A stretch of DNA of 64,000 nucleotides from Dehalococcoidia bacterium. Its GTDB lineage: Bacteria; Chloroflexota; Dehalococcoidia; GIF9; AB-539-J10. The position numbers and the translations under genes are program-made. Positions within the stretch are counted from its first letter, which is position 1; the number at the start of each line of letters is the position of its first letter. Shown here in pieces: positions 59,939 to 64,000 of this stretch. The notes beneath the pieces were generated by a model, which did no database searches, was not told the DNA's origin, and was given only the letters and a program-made list of their open reading frames with translations. The DNA lies in NCBI GenBank assembly GCA_034414555.1, contig DAOUMA010000005.1, positions 41,220-105,219 on the forward strand, given 5' to 3'.

Positions 59939-62230
59939 TTAGTCCGGATACCATGCAGTCAGTTCCTGAAGCAATATTATCGCTGCCTTCTTATCCAGTG
60001 GCTCGTTGTTGTTGCCGCACTTTGGCGATTGGATGCAGGATGGGCAGCCATCTGAGCAAGGACATTCTTCGATTACCTTCAAGGTGGCTTGCCATAGCTC
60101 GGTTATCATCTCAAATCCTTTCTCAGCGATTCCGATGCCCCCGGGATAGGCGTCGTAGATAAAAATTTGTGCCTTCCCGGTATCAGGATGAAAAGGCGTG
60201 GAGACACCACCAATATCGTTTCGGTCACAGAGAGCAAATAGAGGAAGTATGCTGATGGAAGCGTGTTCGCAAGCATGCAGTCCGCCGTGGAAATCGAGCC
60301 CGGCGTTGGCTATCCTTTCAATTGCTTTTCGTGGTAAGTCAAACCATAGAGCCTTAGTGGGGAAGCTCTGTGGTGGCAAGTCAAGCGGCTCCCCTCTGAT
60401 AACCTCTTCCGTGAACTGCTTTTTCCTCTTAAAGCCCACTACCGTGACGGTAACATCAACATCTCCGAAGTAAACCTTCACCGCATGGCAATCTTTTTCC
60501 TCGAGCAGCTTCGTGACCCGGATATCGTGTATTTCCATAGTCTGGGTATAGTAATCTACCGACCTCGGTTCTGCCCAGGCAATGTGCCGGGCTAAATCGA
60601 GTCCCGTGATAAGATATGACTCACCCTGGTGGAGGTAGATAGCGCCGGCGTGTACTTGAAAGAAGGCAACGCTGGCCTCCACTGTCTCTAACAAGCAACC
60701 ATCCTGACCATCAATGACAGCATAATTTTGCCCTGATGTTGCCCTTATATTTACCTCCTGGGCCGGGTAAGCAATGCTCGGGGAAAGATACCATTTACTC
60801 TTGAATTCCCTTATTTTGCCTTCTTTTTCTAACCTGCCCAATTCCATTCTGGTGTTAGCGCCAAAGAAGCTTTCATCGCTGCTATCTAGAGGCTTTTCCC
60901 AGGCAGCGCATAAAAGATGAAGTTGAAGGATGTATGGATTATTAGGATTAATCAGGGCATTGTCGAAGTTCTTGCTGAAGAGGAAATCGGGATGCCGCAT
61001 GAGATATTGGTCAAGGGGGTTATCCAGGGCAATAAGGAAGCTTAGAGAGCTGCCAGTAGTTCGTCCGCTGCGTCCTGCTTGCTGCCAGGTGCTAGCGATG
61101 CTTCCGGGGTAGCCAGTGAGCACAGTTGCTTCCAAATCACCGATGTCTATGCCCAGTTCCAGAGCTGTTGTGGCTACCAAACCAAGGAGTTCGCCGTTGA
61201 AAAACTGGCGTTCGATTTGCCGTCTTGTCTCTGGAAGGTAACCTGCGCGGTATGGGCTTATTTTTGAGTTGAGCAAAGGTGGTAGCTGCTGGTGGGTATA
61301 AATGTAGACCAGTTCGGTTAGCTTGCGAGTGCGTGTGAAGACAAGGCTACGAATATTTTTCATAACTAGCTGACTGAGAAGGAAAGACGCCTCACTATTG
61401 GGACTACGCCTGGTGCTCTTAGCCTCGCCGATAATTGGTGGATTCCAAAAGGCAAAATATTTCTCTCCGTGAGGCGAACCATCTTCGGAGATTACCTTGA
61501 ACGGCAGCCCAACCAGATTCCGGGCATGTTCTTCGGGATTAGCAATGGTTGCAGAACAGCAAATAAATCGGGGGTTAGAGCCGTAGTGAGCACAGATTCG
61601 CCGCAATCTTCGTATGACATTAGCGGCATGGGAGCCGAAAATACCCCGATAAACGTGAGCTTCGTCAATCACTATATAGTTGAGGTGGCGAAATAGTCTG
61701 TACCAGGATTGATGATTGGGCAAAATGGCAAGATGGAGCATATCCGGGTTAGTTAACACTATCCTGGCTTGCCTCTTTATGCTGGCTCTTTCTGCTTTGG
61801 GGGTATCACCATCAAATGTGGCTATAGCTCCGTCGGGAAGAAAGTCGGGGCATGCTATTTCCTTCAGGCTGGATAATTGGTCTTGAGCTAGGGCTTTGGT
61901 AGGAAAGAGGTAGAGAGCACAGCTGTTTTTATCGGTTAAAGTTGCCTCCAGCGTGGCTAGATGGTAACACAGTGTTTTTCCACTGGCGCTGGGTGTGGCT
62001 ATTATCACATTCTCGCCAGCGAGAATGGCACTTAATGCTGTTACTTGATGGCGGTAAAGTGAGGATATACCTAATGACTTGAGCCGTGTTTTAAGGGCAG
62101 GCTCGATGTTTAGCTTATCTAGCTTAGCTGGGATGGTGCCTTGTGGAGGAATGTGCTCAGTGTGAACCAATTGCTGTCTATAGTTAGGAAGACTTTTGAG
62201 ATGACGGAGAAAAGCAATAGCATTCATCAA
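59939..62230 (-). CDS. DEXH-box helicase with C-terminal DUF1998/MZB zinc-finger domain (MrfA/YprA-like)
   Basis: Walker A PSASGKT, DEAH (VIDEAH), motif VI QQAGRSGR, and a C-terminal four-Cys cluster CPCSDGCPSC…C. Confidence 0.85.
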   Translation of the reverse strand: MMNAIAFLRHLKSLPNYRQQLVHTEHIPPQGTIPAKLDKLNIEPALKTRLKSLGISSLYRHQVTALSAILAGENVIIATPSASGKTLCYHLATLEATLTDKNSCALYLFPTKALAQDQLSSLKEIACPDFLPDGAIATFDGDTPKAERASIKRQARIVLTNPDMLHLAILPNHQSWYRLFRHLNYIVIDEAHVYRGIFGSHAANVIRRLRRICAHYGSNPRFICCSATIANPEEHARNLVGLPFKVISEDGSPHGEKYFAFWNPPIIGEAKSTRRSPNSEASFLLSQLVMKNIRSLVFTRTRKLTELVYIYTHQQLPPLLNSKISPYRAGYLPETRRQIERQFFNGELLGLVATTALELGIDIGDLEATVLTGYPGSIASTWQQAGRSGRTTGSSLSFLIALDNPLDQYLMRHPDFLFSKNFDNALINPNNPYILQLHLLCAAWEKPLDSSDESFFGANTRMELGRLEKEGKIREFKSKWYLSPSIAYPAQEVNIRATSGQNYAVIDGQDGCLLETVEASVAFFQVHAGAIYLHQGESYLITGLDLARHIAWAEPRSVDYYTQTMEIHDIRVTKLLEEKDCHAVKVYFGDVDVTVTVVGFKRKKQFTEEVIRGEPLDLPPQSFPTKALWFDLPRKAIERIANAGLDFHGGLHACEHASISILPLFALCDRNDIGGVSTPFHPDTGKAQIFIYDAYPGGIGIAEKGFEMITELWQATLKVIEECPCSDGCPSCIQSPKCGNNNEPLDKKAAIILLQELTAWYPD

Positions 62231-62234
62231 CTCT

Positions 62235-62528
62235 TTACGGAGCTGAGAAAATTTCTATCTTCGAACTCAGTAATTCTAGTTCAGGGTAGTTTTGAGAGAT
62301 AAATCTGATTGCATTGGACAGAGTTTCGTTATCGTAACTTCTATGGTTGCTAACGCAGGTGAGTCCCAGGGTAGCTAGTTGCCAGGAATCTTGATTGTCA
62401 ACCTCCGCTACGGCGATATTAAACTTATTGTGTAACCGGGTGATGATGGACTGAATCACCCGGCGTTTACCTTTAAGTGATTGATTCTCAGGAAGGCGAA
62501 GTTGTATTTGACATACACCTACATTCAT
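62235..62528 (-). CDS. DUF503 (YlxP-like) family protein
   Basis: …C.I.L.LP…SLK.KR…FN…AEV..QD.W…LG…VS pattern; 97 aa; ends 4 nt before the helicase start. Confidence 0.65.
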   Translation of the reverse strand: MNVGVCQIQLRLPENQSLKGKRRVIQSIITRLHNKFNIAVAEVDNQDSWQLATLGLTCVSNHRSYDNETLSNAIRFISQNYPELELLSSKIEIFSAP

Positions 62529-62613
62529 TTTTGCTCAAGATGATTTGCTACTGTTGTGGAATAAGCTTATTAATTATACTCTGGTTTGTCAACGAGCAAG
62601 TAATTCTGTTATT

Positions 62614-63831
62614 ATGCTTCTAATTGGCGGAGGAAGAGTGTTTATTGAGAGTCCAAGGTATACTGAACGCTTTGGTGCGATAAGGATAAATGGGGTACAA
62701 CGGGTTATCGCATTGGATTCGGGGTTCAAAAGTGAGCTGCCTCCTCATGGTGCCATGGGGGTAATGAAGATAGACGAAGATGCTATCAAACACTTTGAAG
62801 ATAAAATGGCAGTGGTAATCCCAATTAAGGATGAAAAGCTCAAGTTGTTTGAGGGTGTGATTAGTGGTGTGCCACATGATTGCTTGATTATAGTGGTATC
62901 GAACAGCCAGCAGGAAGGAATTGGTAGGTTTAGGATGGAAAAGGATGCTCTGAATCAAATTTGTCGCTATACGATGCGCAATGCCTTCATTGTACATCAA
63001 AAAGACCCTATCATTGCTGACGCTTTTCGGGAGGCGAGATATAATGACATTTTAGGAGAGGATGGGTTGATACGGGATGGGAAGAGCGAGGCTATGGTAA
63101 TAGGCTTACTTATGGCTAAAGTGGCACGGAAAGAATATGTTGGCTTTGTCGATGCTGACAATTATTTCCCTGGCGCGGTATTAGAGTATATCAGGAATTT
63201 CGCTGCTGGTTTCAGCTTAGCTCGGTCTCCTTACAGTATGGTAAGGATATTATGGCATTATAAGCCTAAAATCTCAGGCGGGATATACTTTAAGAAATGG
63301 GGAAGGGTATCAGAGACCACTAACAAGTGCCTGAATGATTTGATTTTCTCTAAAACGGATTTTGAAACCGAGGTGATAAAGACCGGCAATTCTGGAGAGC
63401 ATGCTATAAGTATGAAGCTTGCTGAGCTTTTGCCGTATGCTTCTGGGTATGCTGTGGAACCTGGTGAGGTGGTATACCTCTTCGAAAGTTTTGGTGGCAT
63501 ACTACCTGAGATAGACCATGAGGCTGTAGAGCAGGGTATAGATTTATTTCAAATCGAGACCAGGAACCCTCATATGCACGAGGAAAAGGGAAAGCAGCAT
63601 CTTAAGCGCATGTTGACTGAGGGGCTAGCTACTATTTACCATTCACCACTTTGTGGGGAAGGAACAAAAAAACTTATCTTAAGAGAACTGGTCAACCAGG
63701 CGGCTTTAAATGCTGGGGAAGAACCACCTGTTCCACATTTCAATGCTCCGATAGGTAAAGTAGACAGTGCGAAGTTTATGAATGCTATAAAAGAGCACGT
63801 TGATGCACTTTACGCCTTACATGAGGAATAA
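62614..63831 (+). CDS. mpgS: Mannosyl-3-phosphoglycerate synthase (GT55)
   Basis: Collinear match to archaeal MPGS throughout (…VIVPIKDEKL…IVVSNS…HQKDP…GFVDADNY.PGAV.EY…WGRVSE.TN…TGN.GEHA..MKLAE.LP…). Start set at MLLIGGG (62614), which aligns with the archaeal N-terminus. Confidence 0.85.
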   Translation: MLLIGGGRVFIESPRYTERFGAIRINGVQRVIALDSGFKSELPPHGAMGVMKIDEDAIKHFEDKMAVVIPIKDEKLKLFEGVISGVPHDCLIIVVSNSQQEGIGRFRMEKDALNQICRYTMRNAFIVHQKDPIIADAFREARYNDILGEDGLIRDGKSEAMVIGLLMAKVARKEYVGFVDADNYFPGAVLEYIRNFAAGFSLARSPYSMVRILWHYKPKISGGIYFKKWGRVSETTNKCLNDLIFSKTDFETEVIKTGNSGEHAISMKLAELLPYASGYAVEPGEVVYLFESFGGILPEIDHEAVEQGIDLFQIETRNPHMHEEKGKQHLKRMLTEGLATIYHSPLCGEGTKKLILRELVNQAALNAGEEPPVPHFNAPIGKVDSAKFMNAIKEHVDALYALHEE

Positions 63832-63836
63832 GGAAT

Positions 63837-64000
63837 TTATATCTTCTCCATGAAAGATTGTATTTTCTCTCTTTCCGGCCCGTTAAGCATTTCTTTGTTA
63901 TATGCTGTCACATCTAAATAAAGCTGCACATGTTCGGGTATTTGCCAGATGTCATCTCCAGCATACTGGTAGCCATATCGTGAAGAACTCCCCATCTTCT
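63837..64000 (-). CDS. 3' end of an unidentified minus-strand CDS (partial, continues beyond window)
   Basis: Open minus-strand frame ending …FMEKI* with stop at 63837-63839. Confidence 0.35.
   Translation of the reverse strand, partial: KMGSSSRYGYQYAGDDIWQIPEHVQLYLDVTAYNKEMLNGPEREKIQSFMEKI

Noticed and set aside
59460-59954. Longer Zur start (MVSGLIATLL…)
   Set aside because: Adds 21 non-conserved residues and overlaps the helicase gene. Fur-family proteins are ~140 aa, consistent with a start at 59891.

Overview
This 64-kb window reads as a gene-dense, mostly core chromosomal segment of a Chloroflexi/Dehalococcoidia-like bacterium; the taxon is inferred from gene content and order, not searched. 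Housekeeping genes dominate. They include leuS, proC, coaD, rsmD, pyrG, a transaldolase, rho, a thiolase, ssrA (tmRNA)-smpB, comEA/comEC, rpsU, serA with a class-V aminotransferase, tyrS, ribF, DAHP synthase with an AroH chorismate mutase, truB, hisA/hisI, rpmE/rpmA/rplU, surE, four tRNAs (Phe, Leu, Gln, Asn), hpf, comF, mtaB, recJ, lgt, ftsY, znuACB-zur and mpgS. The parts I found worth a second look are:
- a ~150-bp triple-hairpin intergenic repeat present twice (upstream of leuS and of recJ), the first copy beside a truncated thermonuclease gene remnant;
- an archaeal-type sulfide-dependent biosynthesis module (UPF0280, NIL-ferredoxin, COG1900/DUF39 homocysteine protein, Thi4);
- an uncharacterised trio of a Zn-ribbon SAM methyltransferase, a radical-SAM protein and a ferredoxin;
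- ComEC split into membrane and MBL-fold ORFs;
- a DUF1015 gene beside serA/serC;
- an ECF sigma/anti-sigma pair with nearby lipoproteins (SIMPL, DUF4382-like, DUF3160-like);
- a co-directional string DUF503 > DUF1998-type DEXH helicase > zur > znuACB > ftsY;
- rplU with an apparent non-AUG start, and an rpsU gene missing from the ORF track.
I found no CRISPR array, integrase/transposase or rRNA. All calls rest on reading the translations and DNA by eye; no database searches were run.
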